The position numbers and the translations under genes were made by a program. Source: Azolla caroliniana (Eukaryota; Plantae; Polypodiophyta). Taken from it: a DNA stretch of 64,000 nt. The DNA is taken from NCBI GenBank assembly GCA_043228905.1, contig JBHGNT010000012.1, forward strand, positions 4,278,001 through 4,342,000. The letters are read 5' to 3'. The notes under the pieces are model-generated. The model worked only from the letters and a program-made list of their open reading frames with translations. It was not told the origin of the DNA and searched no databases. Of this stretch, positions 52,951 through 64,000 are shown in pieces (position 1 is the stretch's first letter; each line of letters opens with the position of its first letter).

Positions 52951-53277
52951 TATATTGGTTTGGTTCAAGCTGGGGATTGTTTTACTACATGATCGGAAAC
53001 TTTGTAAATTTGTTTTGGATGTAAACTCACGAATATGTATAATTGTAACTAGTAGACATGTTGTACATTATTGTGTAATTTTGGTGATGTATTTTTGGAG
53101 GCATTTTACTTATGACTCAAAGTGGTAGTCATGTTGAAATTCAATATATTTTGCCACCTTTTCTGAAAAGCTTTACGCATGCGTCGTGTCTTTTTGAAAA
53201 CTGCGTGCTTTTGTGCCCTTTTTCGACGTAGTGTTCTCATAATGCGACATATTACCTGTTTCAAATGACCCGGTGTT

Positions 53278-54075
53278 TACATCCTTGCTATACAAGTTTG
53301 GGATGGCTGAGTGTAAATCTATGGCAACCCCTCTCAATCGAAACCTCAAATTGGATGCTGACTCCACCACGGAAGAGTGTGAACTGACTCAGTATCAACA
53401 ACTAATCGGGAGTCTCATCTACCTCATGATCACTCGACTCGACCAAAGCTATTCGGTTCGCCTCCTTAGCCAATTCATGCAAACTCCACGAGATATCCAT
53501 TTGGATTGTGCTAAGCGAGTATTACGATACGTGAGTGGAACAATGGATTGCAGTATTCTCTACGAATCGACCACACCAATTCGACTCAAAGGGTACATAG
53601 ATGTCGATTGGGTTGGCTACATAGCCGATCGACGATCGACCTCCGGATTTGTCTTCTTGCTTGGCAGCGGAGCAATATCTTGGAGTAGTAAGAAGCAACC
53701 TATCGTCGCACTTTCGAGCATGGAGGTCGAATACAGGGGCGCAGTCGTGGCTGCATGTGAAGTCGCATGGCTCAAGAGGATTTTGATGAACCTGGGTGTT
53801 CCCATCAAGGATGTGACTCCCCTTTACTGTGACAACATGAGTAGTATCTATCTGGCTCAGAACCTGGTGTTCCACGCACGCACAAAGCATATCAAAGTGC
53901 ACCATCACTTCATTCGAGAGTGCGTTTAGGCGGGAGATGTCGACCTTCAACACATCAACACGAATCTTCAGACAACTATCATCTTCACCAAGGCCCTAGG
54001 GGCCGACAAGCTTCGGCAATTCATGTCAGACCTTGGATTGACAATCCCTGACTTGTCAAGCTTGAGGGGGAGTAC
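53278..54075 (+). pseudogene. Copia RT C-terminus and RNase H (continuation after the DNA transposon)
   Basis: LLYKFGMAECKSMATP...DWVG..DRRSTSG..WSSKKQ..ARTKHI, closely similar to ORF 15-788. Confidence 0.92.
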
Positions 54076-54203
54076 AAGAGAGAACCGGATACCGTCTGAA
54101 CCGGGTAGGAGCCAAAGCGGACACTGGAGATAATCCAAACCGGATACCAGTTGAAGCGGACATCAACCGAAAGGAACCGACTCGAGTTGAGCTTGAGGGG
54201 GTG

Positions 54204-54666
54204 TGTTGAGAATCAAGCTCAACCTAGTGCAATGTGTGAACACGCCCTTTGACAATCTATGATCATTCAAAGGTCAAGAGTCACACCACTACTCTCTACA
54301 CATTAACTATGTGTCATAGAATCATATTTGATTACACATAACTAATGAGTTCCATATTTCCCATGACTATGAGTCTTCACATTCCCCAAGAGAGAGTAGT
54401 AGTTGTAGTGAGTTAATGAAGAGAGAGGGTGACCTTATATAAAGCACCCTCCTCCTACTTCATATAGTGTCGGTTGTGACTCCTTGTAATGCTACATTTC
54501 GTATTTACTGTTCTCTTTGTTAATATACACCTTCTTCTTGAGTACTTCATTTTTCTTTCATCTATCTATCTTGTGTTTTCTCTTCTCTCATTTCTTTCCT
54601 CTCACATATACATACACATAACACACATATCTTCCACTACACAAGAATCATATGTGATTCTTTACA
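54204..54666 (+). repeat. Copia 3' LTR
   Basis: Matches 38959-39419 with scattered substitutions and is followed by TSD AGTAT. Confidence 0.95.
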
Positions 54667-54694
54667 AGTATACAAGCTTATGTGTAATTGTCTA

Positions 54695-54910
54695 TAGGAA
54701 TCAACAATGGCTCGACTCAAGCTTGAATCAAACTGTTAAATTGTTTTTAAACGGTTTGGCGATAGCAATCAACAATGGTTTGGATCAATTCGAGACTCTC
54801 GAACTCAAACCGTTTAAAAATTTTGAAACTTAAACCAAACCAAACCAGGAAACAATTAAAACCAAACTGTTACAAAAAATTCAAGCTCAAACCAAACTGT
54901 TACAAAAAAT
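54695..54910. mobile_element. Degenerate fragment of the hAT-MITE family found at 62094
   Basis: TAGGAATCAACAATGGCTCGACTCAAGC resembles the terminus TAGGGATCGGCAACGGCTCGGCTCAAGC, and AAACC repeats follow. Confidence 0.6.
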
Positions 54911-57300
54911 TTATGTGTATGTCCTTGTTCTTGTATGTAAATGAATGAAGATTTGCACAATTGCATACATATAGATGCACGTGTGTATGCTTATATGAGG
55001 GCATATGACGCTCGCTCGATGAACAACCAAGTGTATAGAAATGAATGTCACCTCTTGCGAATTTGGAAGATTTACATGAATGTCACCAAGTGTATGATGA
55101 CTCGATTTGGAAGATTTGTGACGATCCTCACTTGACCACAAATCACATAAAGACGTAACGAAGATGTTTTCTGAATATGCATAACTTAATTTAATTAAAG
55201 TATAGTAATCCACAATAATTATAGTAAAATTGTAACAATATACAATCAAGGCTAAAGTTCTTTGCCCCATTACATGGGGTGTCTAGAATAGTGTATGGAA
55301 GAACAAGGCGATGAGAGATCAAGAAATCAAAAGATGGCAAGAGGGGATCCTCGAGTTTCAACATAGTGAGTGTATATGATGAATAGCCACGTCTCCTTTT
55401 GTGGTCGTACTTGTAGTTCTCATGTGTGCCCTCTTGATTCACTATCTTGTGATGAATTGTCTATTTACAATGCCTGTACATCTCACTCAAAATGCCCCTC
55501 CATGGCAATGAGCTGTCCTTCTCCTTCAATAGGTTCCAAGAGCCCACTAATGAAGTGTGAAAGAAAGCACGATGACTCTATCACTTAACGACAAAAATGG
55601 GAGGGATGTGCCAAAGGTCTTCAACAATTATGTAATGATAGTCAAAGTACTTTCGCATTGGCATTGAATGAGCTCTTTCATATCAAAGTGCAATATCACT
55701 TTATCTAAGATTGCATCCAAAAAAATGAGATCACTCTACTAAAAATGCACGCATTGTTGATGTGATGTAGAATGTTAGGGATTCTAAGTAATTACAAAAG
55801 AACATGATCCATTAGCTTAGGTATAACCAACAATTGAAGAACATGAGACAATTTTAGGCTATTTATGTTGAATTCACCCCAACCACATCGTGGTAGATGA
55901 AGTTGAGGAGACCAAACTAGTCAGACCCCTTAGCTATAGAAGTCAACCACTTGTACCACATTGTAAAGTTGTAGTTTTATCAATGGTGTAATTGTGCATT
56001 TTGAGTAGAAAATCCCTTTGAATTTTGATTGAGAAGCAACGTGGCACAAAGGCCCCTTCGAGTTGTAAATCTAGTTTATTATTAAAATAAACTCCAGATA
56101 CAATCAAATGTTCATGCCAGAAGGCATACATAAGTATATAATAAGGCTCAAAATTGAAAATTTGAGTGAAGGCAACGAAAAAGAAAAAGACAAGAAAGAT
56201 GAAAAGAAGACATCATATAAACTAGTTCTTTTTATGCACAAAATTTATATATAGATATGGACAAGAAGAGTACAACTTCCACAAGATCACTAATATAGGC
56301 TAGAATGATTTGCAACACACTTCATGTTTCACTCGAATAATTGAGTATAATTTTGTGGTAGTAGTGAAACACCCCTTAAATTCTAAGGTTGTCAAGCCCA
56401 TGAGAAAGGAAATTTGCTTCTCTCAACAAGGGTAACCTATTGAAATGACATGGACATGAAATCCTAAAGCCATTCCAGCCTGTCATATAAGAAGAATGAT
56501 CGTCGTTTCATAAACATTCCAAAGAAAGATGGTTGATCAATGAAATTGCCTTTCAAAGACGTAATAGAAGTAAAAGAGTTGCAAGAAGAGTTTCAAAAAA
56601 CAAAAATAAGTGAATTGAAAAAGAGAGCATGGAACTTTGGGAAAACCTTACACAATGTTGGTGTAGAACTTGGGGGGGGAGAATAGTACAAAAAGAATCC
56701 ATGAAGAGATGTAGTTGGAGATATTTTTGTTATTAAGGAACAAGCTAAACCCTCAAATTGGATAGAGATTGAGGAGACGAGGCTAGAGATGTTAAAGTTA
56801 TCGGGGAACACTAATCCATAAAAGAGACATTGACGAATGACTTTGGGCAGAGATGGACAAGTCGTGTCGAGCAATAGGAAGCCCCAACACAGAAGAGAGA
56901 CAACAAAGACGTGGCTACTACAGATGATGATGCTTTGGCTATCAAAGGACTCTCGCGAGGGAGGTAGGTGCCAACCTTATTATTACTGCTACTACTACGT
57001 ACTTCATGTCGGCATGTTTTATTTGGTGGATGGTTTAAGTGTCGATACAGACAATGTGCAATGGATGTGGTTCAGGGGGTTCGTGGAGTTAGTCTACGGT
57101 TCGCCCAAAATCACGGGACCGGATGAAGTACACCACCCCGACCATAAGGTGTCCAATCGACTTGGGGCAACATTGGGAGGACATCGGTTTGGGCGAGGGG
57201 GTATGTATACGAGACACAAAGGAAAAGTTAAATAACAAAAAAAAGAAGCGTTGGGACTTTGGAAGGGCATTTCCGTAATTTCATTAAAATTAGTTCGTTA

Positions 57301-60300
57301 TTACAGTTTTCGCCGGCGGCTGCCGGCAGATGAGCCGTCCACGGAATGGCGGGAAGGCTGAAACACGTTATTACCGTTAACGCCGCCGCTGCCGCCGCCG
57401 CCGGAATGGCGGGCCAGAAGCTGCTCCGGCGTGCTCCTGGCCGTTGACGATGACATCATCATCGCCGCCGCCGCCGCCGTTGGAGCGGCGGCGGCGTCGT
57501 CCGACGACCACAAAGAACCGTTCAGCCCCCCACCTGCCTCCGGCGGCGAGTATTCTTTCCGCCGATTAATCCTCCTCTGCTGGCCATGGCCGCTCGCGTA
57601 GCTGGACTGCAGATTGTCCGTCGACGCCCTCGCCGCCACGCTCTGAGGGCTGAAGTAGAAGCTGAAGGCGCTGTAATCCTTGCTCAAGAAGATGGATTGG
57701 AGCGGCGGCGGCGGCGGCGATGGCGATGGCGATGGCGATGGCGGTAGGTTCTTCCGAGCCTCCTCTGCGCCGCCATCAAGAGCCTGCTCTGCTGCAGGCT
57801 TCACGAAATCCTCCATCTTCTTCTTCTTCTTCGCCACCAGATTAATGATCTGCTCCTCCACCGTCCCCCCATTCATCACCGGCTTCTCGCTCTCAGGCTT
57901 CTTGGTTGTCATCGGCCAATGATCGCCGTCCAGTACTGAATTTGCGCCCTGCGATCGTCGCGGCAAGCTCTGATTCTTGGCATCATTATCATCCATCTTC
58001 GGCTTCGTTGGCTGCTGATTACTGCTGTTATGATGGATTCCGCCTGCAGATTTCAGGAATCCGCCGAAAAGCTTCTTGTTGAAGCTCCGGCCCCATGACC
58101 GCATTTGCGAGTTGATGATGCTATTGAGCTGGCGGCGGCGTGGCGTATCAGGCGGCGGCGCCACTTCAATTGTCGAGCATCTCACCTTAATATTGCTTCT
58201 GCTGCAGCTCTTCCGCCACCCACGGTCGGCATTTTCCTCCCCATACGCCTCATCCACGGCCGCACTGCTTGTGCCACGCCCTGCACAGGATTCCACAAAA
58301 CACAATTACACAAGAATCTCCAAGAGATGGTGCCTTTAGATTTGATTATCACAGAAATTAGGACTGTTTTTGCCTTATATAGAGATGTATCATATATACC
58401 CAATTGGTGGGCGGCGGCGGAGCCGATTGTGGCGGCGATCGGAGCGGACGCACTGTGTAATGCTACATCTGCTTTACTTATACCACTTAACCTTGGGCTG
58501 CTATAATTAGCGTGCTTGAAATCGCCGGAAGATTTCACATTATGCGGGCCTGTGCTAGGGATCGCCACCGCCGCCGCCGCCCTAATATCTTCCGCTGAGC
58601 TTAGCGGAGAGGCGGTGGCGCATTCGGACATAATCTTGGTATCGAGCGTATCGACCATCAAGAAATCGACGAGCTTCATGTTATGAGACGTGGTGATCGG
58701 CGCACATGAATCATCAGGGCGTTTACCAATCGAAGGTCTCGAATTCATCACAGACTGTCGTAACGCAACGGCGGAGGTGTCACTGCTAAGACTATCCCTG
58801 GCTGTATCCCTAAACCCTAAACGCACCCCATCATCACCATTCACTTTCTTTCTGGGGGCCGACAAATGATCCGCCGACGGAGGCGGCGGAGGCTTACTCG
58901 TGTTGCTAAAGAGAGAAGGAAACTTGGATCGGAAATTCGACTCTTCGGCCTGCGAATTCCGAGCCCCGGCAGCCGCCGCATCTGCGGAAAACCTTTCGGC
59001 TTGCTGGATTATGTTGGTTATACTGAGATCGATGCACGCCTTGGCGGAAGTGGAGAAGCTAGCTATGGATTTCGATCTCCGCCCGGCCTTCCGCCGGCTG
59101 AAGAGAGACGAAAGCCAAGAACCAACGGGGGGCACGGCGGTGGCCGTATCGTATGGATGACTGCTACTGTTTATCTGATTAGATTTGGTCAAGCAAGAAT
59201 CGACTTGTTTCAGATTAATGGCGGAATTGGCCTGTGCATCGCCCTGCAAATTGCACAAGCCTTTGGCCACAAATTGACTGAGTGGTTCGATCAATGGCTT
59301 AGTATTCACGAGGGGCTTAGAATTAGGGTTGGTATTGCTGTCGATCTTGGCCGCCGCCGCCGCCACTGGAGACATTGGCATACCATAATGATTAGTACTT
59401 CCTACATTGGCTATGGCGGCGGCGGCGAGATCATGGCGGCCGCCAGATGCAGCAGGAATGTGGCGAGGATCTGGCGGCGGAGCACGATCCGCTCTACTAA
59501 TCAGACTATCGGGCGTCACCGACTGATTCCTGATCTTCTTCTTCTTCTTCTTTTTCTTCTTCTTCTTAGCCCTGATAGAATTCGCCTTCGTACAGCTGGT
59601 TTGTCTAGATTGATCAGCGGCGCGGCCACCGTCCTTGATGCTGCTCTCATTTCCGGCGTGGAAAACATATCGGAGGCCGCCGCCGAGAGATGGCCGGGGC
59701 GGCGGGAGGACACAGAAACTACTGTTATAATTACTGTTGCTGTGGATTCCGCCGTTTCCTGCAGAGCTGGCTATGAGAGAGGGTGAGAAGGGAGCCTGGT
59801 CGAGGAGGACAGCGCCAGAGTGGTGAGGGAACGGCGCAAGGCGGCGAGCTGGGGATGATGAATGGGAGCGATGGCGGCACAAGGTGCAATGCACGTTGCT
59901 GTCATTGTTTTCATCGAAGGCGGCGGCGGCGGCGCCATGATCGGAGGATAACAGGTGGTGGCGATGATGAGTGGAGCCTGAGGCGGCGTCGGCGGCGGTA
60001 GAAGGAGCAGCTGACTCTGAATTGTGATAAAGATCGGAAGGCGAGATCATAGTGTGGGGAGACAACAGGTTTGTGGTGATTTGGTTCTTGCAGATTAGGG
60101 TTGCCGACGGGGCGGCGGCGGTTTGGGGCGGGCCGCTGGTTCCGTAGAAGTAGTAGTAAGCGGAGTAAGAGCCGGGTGTGAAGATGGGCGTGGTGCCGGA
60201 ATAGTAGGGTGGCTGATGGACGATCCGGCGGCGGGTGGCGGCGGGGGCGGAATCGGAGGCGGCGGGAGGAGGGCAGGAGCGGTGGTGGTGGGATCTCATG

Positions 60301-60626
60301 GTGGCGTGAAGGGGATGATTATAGTGTTTGTTTGGGGGCTCATGGCTCCGCCCGTCCGCCAGCGGGTGGTGGTCGTCGTGGGAGGAGTTGGAGGAGGAGA
60401 AGGAGTGGCGATGGCGGCGGCTGGCCTGCAGGAGGCGGAGCTGAGATTGGAGGCGGAGCAGGCGCTCGTTGAGGCAGAAGGGGCAGACGCCACTGGAGGC
60501 GGAGGCGGAGGCGTCGTCGGATCTGTGAGAGTGGCGTTTGCAGGTGGCGGCGGGAGGAAGCAGGCTACAGGAAGCGGCGGGAGGCGGAGATGTGGCTGCG
60601 GCGGCGCCTGCAGAAGAGCGCGTCAT
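57301..60626 (-). CDS. OCTOPUS-like / DUF740 family protein, about 1068 aa; exons 60626-58400 and 58280-57301
   Basis: N-terminal C.RH.....GVCPFCLNERL motif, WLSSLF..RK, and RSWG.S. A phase-1 GT-AG intron at 58399-58281 joins the two long ORFs; an alternative donor at 58483 is possible. Confidence 0.75.
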
Positions 60627-62093
60627 GGCGTCAACAATTACATATAAGAAGAAAATTATCAATATATAATATAATTATATTTATAATTACAATTTACATA
60701 TATATACATATATATATACGTGTTTGTATACATATGTCTGTGTTGAAGCATAGGGTTTGATTGTTTTTTTTTCCTTTCTACGTCGTTGATTTCGAGGGGG
60801 CATTCAATGGAATTAATGAAAAGTTTTGAAACGAAACAAGAAAGAAACGAAGCAGAAAATTTCCCATTAATTCCAAACGGCTACCCCTTTCTCTCTCTCT
60901 CTCTCTCTCTCCACACACACACACACACACACAATGAGTAAAACTAAAAGATAAGAAAACAAATAAAATAAATACCATTTATTGTAAATCATCTCAGCGC
61001 CTCATCAATTCATTAACTCCGTTTATTATTGCTCTTTACTACCAACTATTTATGATTATAATTAGCGAATTATTATTATTATTTAATTTCTTGTAGTCAT
61101 AAAAGTAAATAAATATGAAATGACTCTCTCTCTGTGTTTTAATTAATTGCTTGTTTATTTGTTTTCTTTCTTTACGTTGATTGCCGGTGTAGTAAAAAGA
61201 AGAAACTCACGTCCCACTTGACTTTGTTTCTTCTCTTGTTACTTAACTACTTAAATGCCTCGTTCATGAGCCTTGGACTTCCCAATCTCCGGACTCATTC
61301 ATCATCATTAAGTGTCTTGTAAAAAACGACCATAGCTCAAATCTCACTCTCCCCCCATCTTCACTATAAAAGAAATCCCTATCTATCTACCCCAACAAAA
61401 CAAACACTAGCTAGCCCGATCCTTAGCCGTGTCTATGCCATGAGAGCAAACACAATACATACTATAGTAATTTGTGGGAGAAGAAGAATCACGTCTATGC
61501 CGTAAGAGCACACACGTTAATGTGGCCAAGACTTATCGATTCGAACAACATCCATGGTCCTTCCTTGCCTCGCAACTTGAACTTCCTCTCGTTAAATGAA
61601 CTTCTCCTTTTAAATCATGGTCACATCAAAGCCTCTTTTCGCTTGATTAACATGATCTCTTCTTCAAATTAAAACCATCGTTCCTTCGACTCATTCTCAA
61701 AAGAAACATGTGATTGGTTTCACATAGTACTGCAAAAAACGTGTAAACTAACACAAAGTTTAGGATTTGAAAACCAACCGATCTCATACATAGTGGTATT
61801 CAATTGCAAGAAGCCCTCACTTACACCAACAATCACCGATAAAAATGCAAGATTTAAGACAAATAATTGATTCTAACAAGAAAGTTGTCCAATCTTATGA
61901 TAATGGCATGCATCAAATACAAAACAAGAAAAGAGGATTAAACATTTGGTGTGTGGTTATGGCATAATGTCACTAAGGGAAAGTTCATGATTCAAAGGAA
62001 AATTGTTTCCACACCTTTTTCTTATTTCAACAAATGTGTCTTTTGAAAATTCATTGCATCCCTATCTTCAATTGTCATGTGAGGTCTATATTA

Positions 62094-62857
62094 TAGGGAT
62101 CGGCAACGGCTCGGCTCAAGCCTAAACCGTTTGGCTTAGCCGGCTTAAAAACGGCTTGGCGGCTCGGCTCGGCTCGGCTTGAGCCTCGCCAAGCCGGCTA
62201 AGCCGTTTATAAACTTTAGAGAGAGGGGGAGAGAGACAACAGACAAGGGGAAAGAGAGAGAGAGAGAAAGAGAGAGAGTGAGGGAGACTAAACAGACGAT
62301 GGGAGAGAGAGAGTGAGGGAGGGAGAACTACACAGACGAGGAGAGAGAGAGGGAGGGAGGGAGACAACATATAAGGAGAGAGAGAGAGAGAGAGAGACTA
62401 CAGAGACGAGGAGAGAGAGAGAGGGAGGGAGGGAGACAACATAAGGAGAGAGAGAGAGAGAGACTACACAGAGGGGGGAGAGAGAGAGAGAGAGAGGAAC
62501 TACATAGAGGGGGGAGAGAGAGAGAGAGGGAGAGAGAGTCGAGACCACAGACGTGAGAGAGAGTGGGAGGGAGAGCTTGTACAATGTATAGTATATAGTA
62601 TATAGTATATAGTGGATCATTCTGAGAGAGAGAGAGAGAGAGGGAGGTAGGGAGAGAGAGGGAGGGAGGTTTCTAAACCGGTTTCCAAGCCGTTTACCAA
62701 GCCGGTTCACAAACCGGTTTAGCCTAAACCGGTTTGTGACCTGGCTCGGCTTGGTTCGGCTCAAAGTTTGAGATCCCGTAAACGGTTTAGGCTTAGCCGG
62801 TTTGGCCTGATTCAAGCCAAACCGGCTAAGCCTAAACTGAACCGTTGCCGATCCCTA
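62094..62857. mobile_element. hAT-type MITE (764 bp)
   Basis: 16-bp TIR TAGGGATCGGCAACGG / CCGTTGCCGATCCCTA. 8-bp TSD CTATATTA at 62086-62093 and 62858-62865. Subterminal AAACCG/GGCTC repeats and a GA-rich core. Confidence 0.93.
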
Positions 62858-63779
62858 CTATATTAGCAAGTTCATGTGCCCTTTATACGAGAATTGTAAA
62901 TTAAATGTAGTACATTACTAAATGGTGATGTTCCTTGTCATGTGAGGTCTATATTAGCAAGTTCATGTGCCCTTTATACTAGAATTGTAAATTAAATGTA
63001 GTACATTACTAAATGGTGTTGTGGAACATCACGTTAGATTGTGGCCTTTTAGTCTTTGTTGGACAACCTTACATTGTCCTTATCTCAAATTTTCTAGTTA
63101 TTGGTTTAGTGTTTACACCATAGCAACAAAGCTATAAAATTGAGAAGACCCAAGTTGTATCCTTGTTATGGACTCAATCCCATACAATAGAATATCAATC
63201 TCTTTTTGCCATGAATGATAAACCATTTGCATGTCATGGTGAAATGCATCTCCATGAGTGTGGATACTATTGATTTGGTGTATCAATGTTTCACATAGTT
63301 TTCCCTAGTCTTATGATGAGTACATGTGGGTTACTTCTAAAAGGAACAAGTGTAGATTTTAATTACAATTCCAAGTGTGAGATAACTATCAAGTGTGTTA
63401 TCACTTGACCACTTCAGATGAAGTCGTCTAGTGTTTGAACATGCCACGGCATAGGGACAAGAAGATTTGCTACATTCTTATCGAGTGATACTAGACTTAG
63501 GCACTTGAGACTATGTAAGGCTATGGCTCTTGTTAGCTAAGTATGCGTGATCCTTGTAGAACCTCTTGGAGACAGTTGTCTGTGAAGGTAGACAGAAACA
63601 ACTCTATAGTACGAAGAACGAAAGATTGATAGAGACATAAGCAAGATGAATAGAGTGGAACTCAGACAACTTAGCAAGATCAACAAGAACAACATAATTA
63701 GAATTAGAATTTTTATCGTGCATAAAGAGGCCAAATTTGACCTATGGCACCAAAGTATACATGTGTTCTTGATATGTGT

Positions 63780-64000
63780 CTCCTTCCTAAGAAGGGGTAT
63801 TCATACACTGAAGCACAAAGTCTTTATGTGTGAATAAAGCATACACATATGAGCTCAACCTTCTCGGTGGTGTCTTAAGTATGGTACTTACGTTATCACT
63901 CCCTCTTAGTATGTCAACATATCTTGAATGAATTGCACTATATATCGAGCGTGTGAAGAGAAAGTGACATTCATCCTTCATTGCATACTTTACATGTCTT
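63780..64000 (-). mobile_element. 3' end remnant of a LINE (C-terminal cysteine-rich region)
   Basis: KDECHFLF..SIYSAI resembles the EDExHFLxxCxxYxxIR motif of LINE ORF2 C-termini. It runs off the window edge. Confidence 0.55.

Larger units (their letters stand above)
42186..53277. mobile_element. TIR DNA transposon (Sola-like) carrying a ParB-like/DNA methyltransferase gene
   Basis: TIR AACACCGGGTCATTTGAAACAGGTAATATGT is a perfect 31-bp match, or 37 bp with 2 mismatches, at 42186-42222 and 53241-53277. TSD TACA at 42182-42185 and 53278-53281. Removing the element rejoins the Copia RT sequence (CACTACATCC). Confidence 0.93.
38959..54666 (+). mobile_element. Ty1/Copia LTR retrotransposon with both LTRs; host of the nested DNA transposon
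   Basis: 5' LTR 38959-39419 and 3' LTR 54204-54666 (TG...CA). TSD AGTAT at 38954-38958 and 54667-54671. PBS TGGTATCAAAG at 39420 and PPT before 54204. Gag from 39587, integrase about 40200-41000, and RT 41207-42185 resuming at 53278 through RNase H. Confidence 0.96.

Noticed and set aside
42183-53280. Alternative boundary with a 2-bp AC TSD (element 42185-53278), or a CACTA assignment
   Set aside because: The same empty site is explained by a 4-bp TACA duplication, which fits Sola-type elements. The CACTA at 42179-42183 belongs to the host Copia RT, and the transposase lacks CACTA motifs.
58866-60647. + strand ORFs of 306 aa and 174 aa
   Set aside because: They are GC-rich antisense shadows of the OCTOPUS-like exon.

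Overview
Repeat-rich nuclear DNA of a land plant; a seed-free lineage such as a fern is my inference from the microsatellite load and transposon families. Host genes: a small conserved unknown protein (+), a PERK-type receptor kinase, an LR-type serpin, an RH3/RH9/RH53-type DEAD-box helicase and an OCTOPUS/DUF740-like gene (all -). Bases 1-8.2 kb are a pile of nested Copia elements and solo LTRs, and there are MULE and hAT MITEs and degenerate Gypsy/LINE remnants. The standout is a three-level nest at 38,959-54,666. A Copia element (TSD AGTAT) is interrupted in its RT by an 11.1-kb TIR DNA transposon (42,186-53,277; 37-bp TIRs; 4-bp TSD TACA). That transposon carries two head-to-head genes. 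One is a Sola-like DDD transposase with a C-terminal BAH/Tudor-like domain. The other is a six-exon spliced gene of about 968 aa that fuses a ParB/Srx-like domain to a prokaryote/phage-type beta-class N6A/N4C DNA methyltransferase. The transposase is in turn split by a very young gag-only, tRNA-Trp-primed LTR element with apparently identical 721-bp LTRs. All domain assignments come from motif recognition by eye, not from database searches.
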